A stretch of DNA of 64,000 bases from Paramecium tetraurelia (Eukaryota), in NCBI GenBank assembly GCA_000165425.1, contig CT868033.1, positions 124,001 through 188,000 on the forward strand, read 5' to 3'. The notes beneath the pieces were generated by a model. The model searched no databases. It saw only the letters and a list, made by a program, of their open reading frames with translations, and was not told the origin of the DNA. A program made the translations under genes and the position numbers. Position 1 is the first letter of the stretch. Each line of letters begins with the position of its first letter. Positions 51,466 through 64,000 of this stretch are shown one piece after another.

Positions 51466-52408
51466 ATTAACAATAAATTTATTTATATTAATATTATCTT
51501 TTAATTCAAATAATCAGTTAGATATGTCAAATAATCGAAGTAATGTATGGTATGATAGTTTAGATTATTCACCATCAAGAGAGAGAGTGGCAAAAATAAG
51601 TTCTTAATTAAGTTAAATGGATTTAACAATAGAAGGAGAGAGAGTAATAAAATAATAAATATTAATTTAGACTAAAAGAATAGAGGAATCAGAAACAAGA
51701 TTAGATTAATTGGAATCTGGATTGAATGAATTGAATGAATAATTGAGTTAAAGAGTAGCTTTGATAAAAGATAGTGTATTGAAATTATAGAAAGTGTTGG
51801 ATTAAACAAAATTATAAAGAGAATAACATTTTGAATAGAAACAAAAGGAATACATAGATTTAGAGAATTCATTCAATTAAGCAGTTGAAGGATTGACATC
51901 AACAAGAAAAGATGGAGAATAGAAGATAATAAGATTTATTGAAGAAAAGACAGGATTAATAAGAAGTGAATTGAGTACAGAAAGTAGAACAAGAAATGAG
52001 AATATTGAAAGATTGAATTAATGTTTAGAAACTGATTTACCAAGATTACATGAAGCTATAAAGACAGAAGTAGCAGAAAGAGAAGAAATGGATTCTAATA
52101 TATCTAGAAAAATGAATGAAGAATTAAGCAAATTAAATTAATTATTAGTATAAGAGAAAGTTAATAGATAAGAATCAGAATAAGCAATCTTTGATATGTT
52201 AAAAGATGTTGTCAATAGAATTAAAACTGAAGTAGATAATGAAAAAAAATAAAGGTTTCTATTTTCTTATTATTATTATCTAGAGAATCAACTGAAGAAA
52301 CACTCCTAGCTTTATTAGAAGATACTTGCAATAAAGTTAATGCCGCATAACTAGCATGAGTTTCATAATCATCATTATATTCAAAATATAATATCTATAT
52401 TTATAATC
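51466..52408 (+). repeat. Right arm of 943-bp inverted repeat
   Basis: Reverse complement of 47016-47958. Confidence 0.95.
51524..52359 (+). CDS. SF-assemblin/beta-giardin family striated-fibre protein, 1 intron
   Basis: ...LDYSPSRERVAKISSQL...CLETDLPRLHEAIKTE...EQAIFDMLKDVVNRIKTEVDNEKKQRESTEETLLALLEDTCNKV. Confidence 0.8.
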
Positions 52409-52782
52409 TTCATCATCCCCTTTGTATCAATACCTTATTGGTTGATACTTCAATACTGTTAGAAATATAAATAATTTAAGAGATATAAATTATGTATTCT
52501 TATTTATTTAAGTCGGCTTTTGTTGATTACTTTAACTTGGTATTAATTCATTTCCAAATGTAATCATATTATTATAGTGAAACAAATATCCATGCAAGTG
52601 TTTTAAATCCTGAGTTAATCCTCAACATTTAATATTTTTTTATTTTCAAATAATTAAGATAACGATTATGTGTTCATTTCTTTATAATCTACTAATGGTT
52701 AAGAACAAAAATTTATTTTTAATTGATGAATTTTGGTTTTAATAAATGCAATTTATAAGTAAAATTAAATAAATAATACAAA

Positions 52783-55403
52783 ATGTAACAACCAATGTTC
52801 GAGAATCAATTAGATCCTGAAGAAATGGAAGCATGGCTTGCAGAAGTAGAATTGGTACATGAGAAGATAAAAAAATTATCAAGCGACTAGGTATAGATTA
52901 ATTGTAATTCAAAGGCAAATGTTAAAGATGACGATGAAGAAATAATGAAGATGAGACAAAAACGAATAGAATAAGAGAAAAAAAAAGAAGAAGCTCGTAG
53001 ATAGTTATAATTGTAGAAAGAGGAGGAAGAATAAAAAGGCAGGAAAGGAAAAGGATAAAATAAAGATTATGCTAATTTTTGCAAATATTGTTGTTTAGAG
53101 TATGTTAAATAGACAGATAAATGTTATTGGTGTAAAAGAGATACTTTGACCTAGGAATGTAAAATTTATGAATAATCTAGAACGCTACAATTAATTATTA
53201 GAAAAGGTTGAAAAATATAAAGAAGACAAGAGTAGAAAGCAATAAAAAAAACAGAAATTTGAACTTATGGAGAAAACAGAGAAAATTTTATGGAAAAAGA
53301 GTACATTTACTCATAGAAAATGGGAGTATTATACTAGTTCAGAGGAAGAAATTGAGTCTGAGCCTATCGTACCTAAGGATGATCCTAATTTCAAGGCACT
53401 TTAATTAGATATGGAGCAAAGAAACAAAAGAAAGGAAGAGGACATGAAGAAAGCAGAAGAATTGAAAAAAAAAGGAAACGATTATTATAGTAAAGGAGAT
53501 TTTGATTAAGCAGCTTGGAACTATTCTTAAGCACTAGAACTAGTGAAAGATAATTAAACTTTATGGTTGAATAGAGCAATTACATATATAAAATCAAATA
53601 AAAATAAGAAGGCTATAAATGATTGTACAAAGGTCATATAGTATGCTGATTGCTTTGAGAACGGGTTCACTTAGAGCAGAGAGACTTGCTGCAAAGCATT
53701 TGCAAGGAGAGCTTTGGCATATTATAATAGAGATTGTTTATTTGAAGCACTCAGTGATATCAATCAGGCCTTAGAGCTTATACCAGATGATAAATGGGTT
53801 TAAAACCTTAAAAAGGAAATAGAAGCCAAAATTGATCATTATGAAAGGCTGAAACAGAATGAAAATAATGAGAAGGATTTAGAAGAGCCAAAATAAGATA
53901 TTTAAGATTAGTAATAAAACAGTAATGATGTAAATAAATTTAAAGATAAAAATACAGTTATTGAAGAAAACCTTACATACAAATAAATAATCGATAAGTT
54001 TGTTGGAGAATAAGATATAGAACTTTTATCATTATTTAAAGTGTTAAAAGTTGATTCAAATGAAGCCACGGCCTATTTTTATGAGAAAAATGGGTTGAAA
54101 CAACTCTTAAAAATAATATCTAAAAATGATTAAAAATTACACGATTTATAAAATGTATTTATCCTTATGATCATAGATTTTGGCAAGTTTACCTGCTTTG
54201 ATATTATAGATATATCAAGAAAAAAGTCTGTTGTATTAAGAATAATTTCTAATTTAATATAATGGAATTGAAGTTATTTATTAAAAAATAGGGTTTTTGT
54301 TGACTCAAGTAGGCACTAAAACCTAATCTGCAATATATGATACAATAGGAGATTATCTCGATGTTTTAAATTTGATGAGCGAGGAAAAACCCAGATCTAT
54401 TCTTCAATAGCATGAAATAATAAAAACAAAACTATACCCTGAATTATTTCATAGAATTCTTTCTTTGTATAAGACTGAAAGGGATATGGTTGCTACATTT
54501 TTAAGTTTTTGCAGTAATTTGAGTTACGGGTAAAATACACCCTTTAAAAATGTACTTTTTGAAAATAGAAATGAAATCATTGTTATAGTTGTTGAGCTAT
54601 TTGAAAAAGTAGAAATTAAATAAGCAAACATTAGGATGATGAATTAGCTATGTAATCTATTGTCGAATTTATTGACTGAAGATAAATTTAGGTTGTATTT
54701 CTTATCAAAAGATTTAAATTCAAATTTTTTTCAGTCTTATTTCAAATTTATCAAAGCTGTTTAATTTAAGGATAATGATTACAATTCTTTAAAAGAAAAT
54801 GGAATAGCTATTTTGGTTAATTTAACATTTCAGATTAATTAAATTCAAACTGATTTTGTAAGTAAAATCCCAAGTTTAATTCCTACTTTAATTGAATATT
54901 TAGAGTCATAACCTGATGGATTAATTATAGAAAGAGTCTTAACTGTGTTGACCAAAGTCAATTATGAAGACAACATTTTCATAATATCAAAATTTATAAA
55001 AAAATACAGCAACTAATCGATTCTATGTTTACTTCAATGGCTATCAGGCAAATCTCTTGTAGTTATTAATCAATTAAAATCAAAGTAAATAAAGCTATTT
55101 GAATTGCTGGAAGAATTAAAATTACAATTGCATTGCGATAATGAGATTAATTATTGTAATTGTTGCAACGTAATTGGTAAGATAATTGATTTATTATCTC
55201 CGATTAATGGAGAGGTTAATGCTTGTTCCTTTTTCAATGAAACAATTCCTAGATTGTTGAGTTTTGTAAAAGATAAAACTGGAAATTCCAGAAAAAATTC
55301 AGCTATTCTTTTAGCAAAACTAACGAAAGATTAAAGTAATTTGTAAAAATTAAGGGATTTGCATGGAATGGAGATTTTACAATCGGTGATGGGTAAATTG
55401 TGA
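52783..55403 (+). CDS. TTC12: TPR + armadillo-repeat protein, TTC12-like
   Basis: AEELKKKGNDYYSKGDFDQAAWNYSQAL...LWLNRA TPRs; C-terminal RKNSAILLAKL...LRDLHGMEIL. Confidence 0.75.
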
Positions 55404-55452
55404 ATAGTATTAGATATGTATATTATTATATATATTTTTAAATTTTTTGATT

Positions 55453-57665
55453 ATGCTCTCAAAATAGAAGAAATTACATGAGATAGTATCATAGAGCATC
55501 TTGAAAACGTAAGTCCTTAATAATAATTAGATCTACTACAAAATCCACCAAATAGCTAAGCTAATCATTTAACCCTAATGGATTAATTGGACAATCTTTA
55601 AGCCCAAATTAAAAAACAAATTAGAGCATGGGATAAAAAAAAGGAAGTCACATAAAATAGTATTAGCAGGAGCTACTGAAATTGATGACAAGTCATAAAT
55701 AGTCATCCGGGAATAAAAAAGCAAATATGTCAGACATGATGAGTTAATAAAAGGAAAGTAAACGAATTAATTCTGGTACAAGTCAACCATAAAAATCATA
55801 AACATCTAGCAAATTAAGTTTTGTTAATACAGGTCTTACGATAATAATAAATCATGAGAATCAATAAATTAAATTTAACATTGAATCATCAAAAACTACA
55901 GGATATTTAGAAGAATTTTTGAAACAGGAAGTAAAAAAGCATTCAATACATTAATATTCCTCTACAGGCTCATAACCAGATGAGAGAAAAGTAACATGTG
56001 GTACTGGAAATGAATTTTCAGATCTGGAGATAGTTTCATTTCAAACTGTCGATAAGAACCTTCCAGTTGATTATTATTTACAATAACCTAATAAAAGTTT
56101 AGAGGTCTTTAGTGGATAAACATTGAATTTACAACCATTTTATGGGACTCCATAATAGAGCAAAATAACACTAAAAGATTTCATTTTTGTGAAATGTATT
56201 GGAGTGGGTGGATTTTCAAGAGTCTATATGGTGAAGAAGAAATCTAATGGAAGATTCTATGCGATGAAACTAATAGATAAGGAGTTCATTTTGCAACATA
56301 AGAAATAAGGTATGATTAGAATTAATTGTATAGGGATTGTTTAAAATGAAAGAGATATTATGACAGTACTTGATCATCCTTTTATTATTAAATTAGAATA
56401 TGCATTTGAATCTAAGAATTTCATAGTATTTGTACTAGAATTTTGTAGTGGAGGAGAGTTGTTTTGGTAATTAAGACAAGTAAAAAGAATGACAGAAGAA
56501 TAAGCAAGATTCTACTTTACTGAGATTTGTTTAGCTATGTTCTATCTGCATTCATTATCTGTAGTGTATAGAGATATCAAACCTGAGAACATTTTGATAG
56601 ATTTAGATGGTCATATTAGAATAGCTGATTTTGGATTGTCCAAACCTAATATGACTGAAGATGATTATGCATACAGTTTTTGTGGTTCGCCTGAATATAT
56701 GGCTCCTGAGATGTTGTTGAAAGTGGGACATAATGTTTAAGTGGATCATTATTGTCTAGGAGCATTGTTATATGAATTAGTCACTGGATTGCCTCCATAT
56801 TATTCTAGAGATACTGATGAGATCTATGAATCAATACTTAATGAAGAGTTAACTTTCCCTGAGAAATTAAATTTATCATCTGACATTAAGGTAAATTCAA
56901 TTTTTAAATAGAATCTATTACAAGGTTTATTATGCAAACAACCCTCAGAAAGATTGGGAGCGAATAAGGGATTAACAGAATTACTTACTCACTCTTGGTT
57001 TAAGGATGTGGATCTTGTTGCAATATTATAAAAACAAGTACCTCCACCATTTAGGCCAAATCAATTCAAATTTAATTATGATTCAAATGATTTGATGAAA
57101 GGAGAGTTAGAAACTAGAGAAAAGTTACTGGGCAAGACTGGCTTACAATAAGAAATTAGAATCTTTAAGGCTTTTTACTTTGACTCTTCGGAACAGAAAT
57201 AAATGAAATAGGAACAAGCAAAAATATTCAAATAACATTTCATGATGATCACTTAATAATAATTGGCACTCAATACTAAATTTAAAGCACAAAGAAAAAG
57301 TACAGAACCAAAAGAACATCCATCAAAACCGGCATCTCCTTAAACTCACAATAGCAAATAATAGAAACTCACTCCAGAATAATTCTAATCTCTTCAAAAA
57401 CGAATAAAATCTTAGTAAAATTCTATTTCATTCTAGGTAATCGTCCATAACCAATGTTTAATAAGTCAGTACTATTTAGAGTCCAGCTCAATCCAAAGTG
57501 TAAGGATTAAAGAGAATTATTTCTCAAAATAATTTCTTCGGTGATAGACAAAATACTTTGCCTAATGGATAAAAAGATATAGATTACCATCAGTTATTAT
57601 CTAATGTCTCTACAGATTAAATGCTTCATAAAAGAGTGTCCTCCTTAAAATAAAGAAGAAAATGA
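55453..57665 (+). CDS. AGC-family Ser/Thr protein kinase
   Basis: [44 protein letters not shown]-terminal PPPFRP. Confidence 0.92.
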
Positions 57666-57721
57666 ATTACTCAAATAAACATTAATTATAATTTTGAATT
57701 TTCCCTCTCTCAACATTCAAT

Positions 57722-60087
57722 ATGAATACCAATACAGACTTGGATAAATTGTTATTCCTAAAATCCAATTAACCTCATTAATCCTAGAACCCAGATATTA
57801 CAATCACTTCTTATAGCGATATATCAGATGGAACGCCCAATAAATAATCATTCAAATTTTCAACAAAAGCAAAACAAGAAGATGTTCAACCTTAAATGCA
57901 AGCTTCAAATTCAATTATGGAATCAATGACTCCCAAGAAAATCAATAAATTAATTGATTGGTCCAAATATAATGTTGCTCCAGGAAATGGCAAAAATATT
58001 TTCCCTTAAGTAGCTGGTATTAGTATTGAATTTTCTAATGAAAACTCATTGAATTTTAAGCAATAAGTCAAAGTAAATGATGATCATTTTTCACATAAAT
58101 TCATTGAGATTGAATAGAAGTCAAAAGATTTCTCAAACATAGATGTATTGACTACAAAAAATGAATCATCAGAATCCAAAAAAATTGAATCTTTATAGAA
58201 TGCTATCTCATAAAAAGATTAAATGATAAGTGAATTAAAAAACGAAATAGCATAACTATAATCATAGGATCATACTTTATAGCAAGAAATCGAAAAAATG
58301 TATAAAATTCTTCATAGCAAAGAAAAAACTATAGAAAATCAAGAATTGTAAATATCTAACCTAACAACTCTAATAAAAAATGAATAACAAGATTAAAATA
58401 TGCTATCTGAAATCAAAATAAAAGAAATTAAAAGATCCAGTGTTTTCGAAGTCAATACAAAATGTTAAATTTGCTTAGCTGGGAAACAAGAACTAAAAAA
58501 CATTCTTAAAGAATGTTCATTAGAAAGTGAGTCAAGTATTCTGGATATGGAAAATGATTTGGCAACTTAAATTCGCGAGGTTGTCACTTTATTATTATCA
58601 AGATAAAGAGAATAAATTGACATAGCATTAGAATAGTAAGAGGATATGATTAAAGAATTAACAGATCAAATTGAATAATATAAAGAATAAAAAACATAAG
58701 CCTCAGAAGAAAATAAATCATTATAAAGAAAGATATCGTTAATATTTAATTAATCGTAGGAATAGGAGAAAAATTTAATCGAAGAATTTGAGAAAATCAA
58801 AAAAATTAATTACAATCTAATCTAGGAAAATTAGCACTTTAAATTGTAAATATCATCATCTAAAAGCAGAGACTTATCTAAATAGTCTATGGATTTTGAA
58901 AAGCTAAAAAGTTGTTGTAATTCTACTTAATCTGATAAAAATGAATTATATGGTGATATCCATTTAATGAGACAACAATTTTAAAGTCAAATTACAGAAT
59001 TGCTTGAAAAAAAATAAGAATATGAGAAGTAAATACAATAGTTGAAAGAAGACTCCTTTTCAAAAGTATATTATTTAATTTATTTAATAGAGTAACTACA
59101 AATTTTAGCTCTAAAGTATTAAAGAAAAAGATAAAAAAAATATTGAATTATTTTCTTAAATCAAAATGCTATAATAAACTTAAAAGGAAAGCGAAAGGTC
59201 AATATTAGAATTAAAAGATGAATAAGAAAAATTAAAAAAAAAAGTGCAGTTCAAAAATGTTGAAATCAAGCAATATATTGAATAAAATAAAACTATTTAA
59301 GACAAGAATAATGAGTTGAGCACTAGAATTATTTAATTGCAATAAAAATTAATTTCATAAGGATCAAATCAAAAGGATTTAAGGTAATCACCAAAAAGCA
59401 GAAGTTTAGAATAAAGTCGAGTTATCAGTTAATATTTACAACCAAATATGAATCATCAACAATTAAATTAATTAATTAATGAATACAAAAGTTATCAATA
59501 AGAGTTCGTAGATTTAAAAGTGGTCTTTGCTGAAAAAATAAAATAATATGAAATCTTATAAAATGTATTTAATTATTTATTATCATTAGAAAATTCAAAA
59601 ATTATAAAATGATAATTTCTCGTTAAACCATTTAAACTAAAAACTGATTAATGAAAATAATAAATTGAAAGAGGATAGAATTATTACAAAAAGAACTAGT
59701 GAGGAATTTGCTCCTGGTGTAAGATGGTCAGCCGCTACTGGTGAATCAATTAACATGAAAACTATTATTTAATAATCTGATGATGACTTTGAAAAGAAAA
59801 AATGCTTTAATGTTTTAGAACTCATGTAACCGGAATTATTATCTACAGAAGAGACCCTTCATATTCTTAAAGAGATTTTATTAAGATCTGTAAAGTCCCT
59901 TGAATTAATTAAGAAGATTTATTAAATATCAGAGATTAAAGAACTTTTATTAATATTTTCAAAAATAGATGAGAAATGTTTAATATCCAATTCAAAATTG
60001 AATAAGATCATCACTTGTGTTTTAGAAGAAAAAAGAAAGTTATAATCGACAAATAGAAATGAGAAACCGGATTTCTTTAATTCTTGA
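57722..60087 (+). CDS. Large hypothetical coiled-coil protein, short introns
   Basis: Long code-6 ORF MNTNTDLDKLLF...EKPDFFNS*, rich in Q/E/K. Confidence 0.65.
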
Positions 60088-60102
60088 TTGTATTTATAAG
60101 TA

Positions 60103-61031
60103 TCAATATTTTGATTGCATCTTTTTTCCATTTTATAATTACTTATCATTTGTTTATTTCCTTTATATTTGCATTTTACTTTCTCTAACCACAGATTCTA
60201 TGTACTTCTTATCTAAATATTTGATCACAAAGTCCTTTTGATCATTGGAATTACCATTTGAAGTTTAATCAATGTATTATTAATATTAGTTTTTTATATT
60301 TTTAATTATGATAGTGGTTTCCTAAAATATTTCTTGATTTATTTGATTTAGACTTGATTGTTCTTTCAATTGTTTTTAAGGTGAATAAAATTGAGTTGCT
60401 TTTGATGTTAATTCTTAAACATTCTCTAAGCTTTGATCTTGACAATTTGCTAAATAAATGTACACGTGATGTTTTTCCTATTTTAGATTGTTAAGAATAC
60501 CTTTATTTTCAATTTAGGGTTCAATCTCATCTTTAATTATTGAGTTTAGATTTCAGATTATTATTCTGTTTGTAATACCTATGGATTTAATTAAATTGCA
60601 GGAGGGTTCAATAAACTAATTAAAAAAAGGATATATTTTACATTCCTTCATCCTCTACGTTTTCACCATTTTCTGCACTTACTGGCAATTCTAAATTATC
60701 CTGTTATTTTTATGGCGGGTTTGGCTAAAATATAATATATATAAGATATATTACTTTTGTGCGCTTCTTTTTTAAAGTGGCAGCCTTTGTAAATCTAAAT
60801 TTAAAAGAAACATACGTCCTCTAAACGCTCTTATTCTTATATGCGTTGTAAATATTATTTCATTTTCCTTTCTTCTCTTGTTGATGGTTATTCATTATTG
60901 AGGGATTGTGCATAAACCTTTGGAAGAGCTACTAATTCAGCTGGCTTTATGGTTTTCTACTGTTATTCATCCTAAGAAGATAACTAACTAGAATTTTCCT
61001 GACTTTCTGCCTTCTAATATTAATCACTCAT
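60103..61031 (-). CDS. Hypothetical protein, several introns
   Basis: MSDQYQKAESQENSS...; ends GKKMQSKY*. Confidence 0.6.
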
Positions 61032-61637
61032 ATTTGTATAATTTATAAAATAATTATGTTGTTAAATTTGGTTTTCTAATAATCATATTTTTAAAAGGAA
61101 AAATAAATTTTAATATTCTTATGATTTTAAGCAAAACAAGTGAATATTTATGATAATAATCAACTATTGTTAATCAATCTACATAATCTCTAACCTATAT
61201 ATTCATAATGAATAAATGACAATATATTCTTAATTAACATCACTGCCAATATAAAAATTAATCTTTATTCCAATTATTTGTGAAGAAAAAAGTGCAATAT
61301 TGTATTTAATAGTGAATTTGATTTATTAATCACTTTTGATGATAATTTCAAATTCTTAATCATAAATACTTATTGTAGTGTATTTAATAATTTTATAAAT
61401 AAGGCTTTTTAACTAAAATCGTTCTATTAAAGTCTATGAAATATATCTATCTGCTTAATTAAGATTATTTTTGATCAATAAAAACAAAAAATTACATTTT
61501 GTATACTTTTAAAATGAACATTACTTCAGATTCAGAACCGTAAACAATTTAAGAATATTAGAGAAGTTTGAATCTAATTATAAAAAATAGGCAACTACAA
61601 TTTGCAAATGTTTTCAAATTAATATTTTTATTTCTTT

Positions 61638-64000
61638 ATGTTTATGATTATAATTTTAATCATCTCCTTTGCAAAGTCTTAATGGTCCATAGTGAATAAT
61701 TTTCTCACCTCTCAACGAACATACCAAAAAACATCCTATTGCTATAATGTTTATGATTAGATAGAATACTTTTGCGAAGCATCCTCATACACTAGTGCTA
61801 ATTTTATTACTTGTCAATAACCTTCTCGTAGTTATATCACTCTGGATCAAACTTTCAAAGGCATCAGATATTACTATCAATAAGGATTCGTTGGTGGAGA
61901 TTTCATATCTTTTGATTTATACTTTCAAGGTAAGTGGGTTAATGATGAAGTAGTTTTTCAATTAGGATCCTTTTAACACAAATTTTCATACACTTCGCCT
62001 GATATATACCCAATCACATAAGGGTTTTGTGACTCCCTTTAAACTGATGTAAAGACAGTTAATTTCACTCTAACAAACTCATACTCAGGGAGCATGGTAT
62101 TTAGTTTGTCTACCAAAAATGTGGGATCTGTTTCAATCAATATGATTACCCTCTCAAGAAGATCAAATTCAATAACATGCTACCCCTCATGTTAATCATG
62201 TAGAGGGCCAGAGCAAAACTAGTGTTTATCTTGTTATTATGGTGTACCAACAAATAATATATGCCCCCCATGTCCAAATAATCTATATTATGAAAAATAA
62301 TCAGGGTGCAAAATTAATTGTAAATTTTAGAATTCCAAATTTTCAAATGGATTTTGTTAGGCATTTGATTGTAATTTCAGTCTTATATTTTAGATAACTC
62401 CATACTCTTATATGATTCTTATATATCACAAACTAGTTTCGTAAAATGGCAATAACTCTACGACCCCCTTCATATAGACACATCTCCAAGCTTACTTTAT
62501 TCAAGTTCACAATAGTAAGTCTATGGCATCTTTCGATATAAATCTGGAATAGGAAGATATATTAATGAAATAACTACATCGACATCCACCTATGCTTATG
62601 GACTTAGAATATAATTGGAGTTATACAATAATATAGAACTTGGAACAGGAATAAGATTTATGATTAATAACACTTACTATGGTTCTATTTACAAAGATTC
62701 TTAAGGGATCTAAACACACAGAATTATGATTGGAAATTCTAACAGCCAATACTCTTCCATTTAAATTCTTGATCTCTATATGTTTGTTGATATGCTCTAA
62801 TATCCATTCTACTTTTCAGCTATTGGAAATTTCACGTAATATTATAATTTATCTAAGTATTTCATCCTCAGGATGGAGTTTAATATCTCTCTAAATTACA
62901 AAGGGACTTTGCCCAAGGAATTGCCAGGTGTGTGATGTACCCTATTAATGTAAAAAATGCTATTCTGGCTATTATGTGAATAAAGACGGTAATTGTATTT
63001 ATTCTTGTTCTACTGTCACCTAACAAATCGTAGGAGACTATTGTTTGGATTATGATTACGAAATTCCTTGTAATTAATATTGCTTAATTTGTAGATTCAA
63101 AATATTTGATTAAAGACTTTTATAATATGGCTAGTGATCAAGATTAATACCCTGAATATAAATTAGTCTCCTAAAAGGGAGTTAATTTTTTAAAAGGTGA
63201 ATATATCTTTTAGTCTATTAAGAATGACATTACGATGTTAGGTGGGTAATATATCTGGAGTTAGGCTGTATTTTAGAGAATTCATTAAATTAGCAATCCA
63301 CACCATAGAATTACTATTTCATTTAGAATTGTCTTTGGTCCTAGTTTTCCTTCAGATGGCAGATTTATTTATACTGTTGATGATAATGCACCTATTTCAA
63401 ATTCTGGGTCAGGAGGTGGTACATATTTCATAAAAAATAAAATTGTCCATTCATAAAACTAATTAACCGTACAGTGGGAATGTTATGGAGAAAACAATGA
63501 ACCAATAAAAGCATATTGTGGATTCTATAATTATTTCATTATAGTACATTATTGTTAACCCTATTGTTTAAAATGTACTGATTAAGATACATGTCTAGAA
63601 TGGGAACAATATGATTAAGTTTAAATTCAGGTATCTCAGGCTGAATGTTAAAGTGAATAATACTATGATAAATTTGAATTAAAATGTAAAAGTTGTCCTT
63701 CTTCTTGCTTAACTTGTTAATCATCAATCTATTGTCTATCATGTAAACCTACTTACATTATGACTAAATTAGGATGCGTGTGTTAAACAAATCAATATGA
63801 TGACGCCAATTAGTGTGTGAATTGTCCGTAACAATGTGAATAATGTTTAAATTCATCATTCTGTGTTAATTGTTCAATCTTAAAATATAGAACTCTATTG
63901 AATGGGTAATGTGTATGTCTAGATGGATATTACTCAATACCCACAAATCCTTAATGTTAGAGATGCCATTACTTATGTAAAACTTGTTCAGGATATTCAC
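61638..64000 (+). CDS. Large Cys-rich (furin-like CxxC repeat) surface/membrane protein, 5' part
   Basis: Signal-peptide-like MFMIIILIISFAKS; CYPSCQSCRGP..QCLSC, CKSCPSSCLTC, CHYLCKTC repeats; runs off the window. Confidence 0.8.

Noticed and set aside
51422..51523. Open frame running into the SF-assemblin ATG, suggesting a gene fusion
   Set aside because: The intron-corrected frame of the upstream gene is different and stops at 51457-51459
47016..52408. Transposon with long terminal inverted repeats
   Set aside because: The arms are a cytoskeletal host gene, the interior encodes no transposase, and no target-site duplication is evident
1..64000. Apparent wholesale pseudogenisation (frequent TAA/TAG in genes, short ORFs in the track)
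   Set aside because: TAA/TAG encode Gln in this code; conserved genes such as INO1 and RAD51 read through to TGA

Overview
AT-rich, gene-dense eukaryotic DNA in which TAA/TAG read as Gln (only TGA stops; translation table 6) and introns are tiny (about 21-29 nt, GT..AG). This combination indicates a Paramecium macronuclear chromosome, most likely aurelia complex (inference). The supplied ORF track uses the wrong code and fragments every gene. Re-reading by hand gives about 37 protein-coding genes, including CFAP70-like, TRAPPC5, glutamine synthetase, SF-assemblins, a RING-less NOT4-like RRM protein, an HMG-box protein, SPF27, RAD51, SPAG16/PF20, a DHX35-like helicase, a PTB/hnRNP-L-like protein, ARPC2, nucleolin, a dynamin-like GTPase, INO1, a PARL-like rhomboid, a MORN protein, TTC12, an AGC kinase and a Cys-rich surface protein. 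The most unusual structure is an apparently identical 943-bp inverted duplication of a whole SF-assemblin gene (47016-47958 vs 51466-52408). It flanks two other genes, and the left copy ends in a 5-copy tandem array of about 114 bp built from the gene's own 3' end, with divergence graded along the array. Several conserved genes carry single-base frameshifts or missing splice acceptors, so either pseudogenisation or assembly error is present. Coordinates and family assignments come from manual reading and recall, not from searches.
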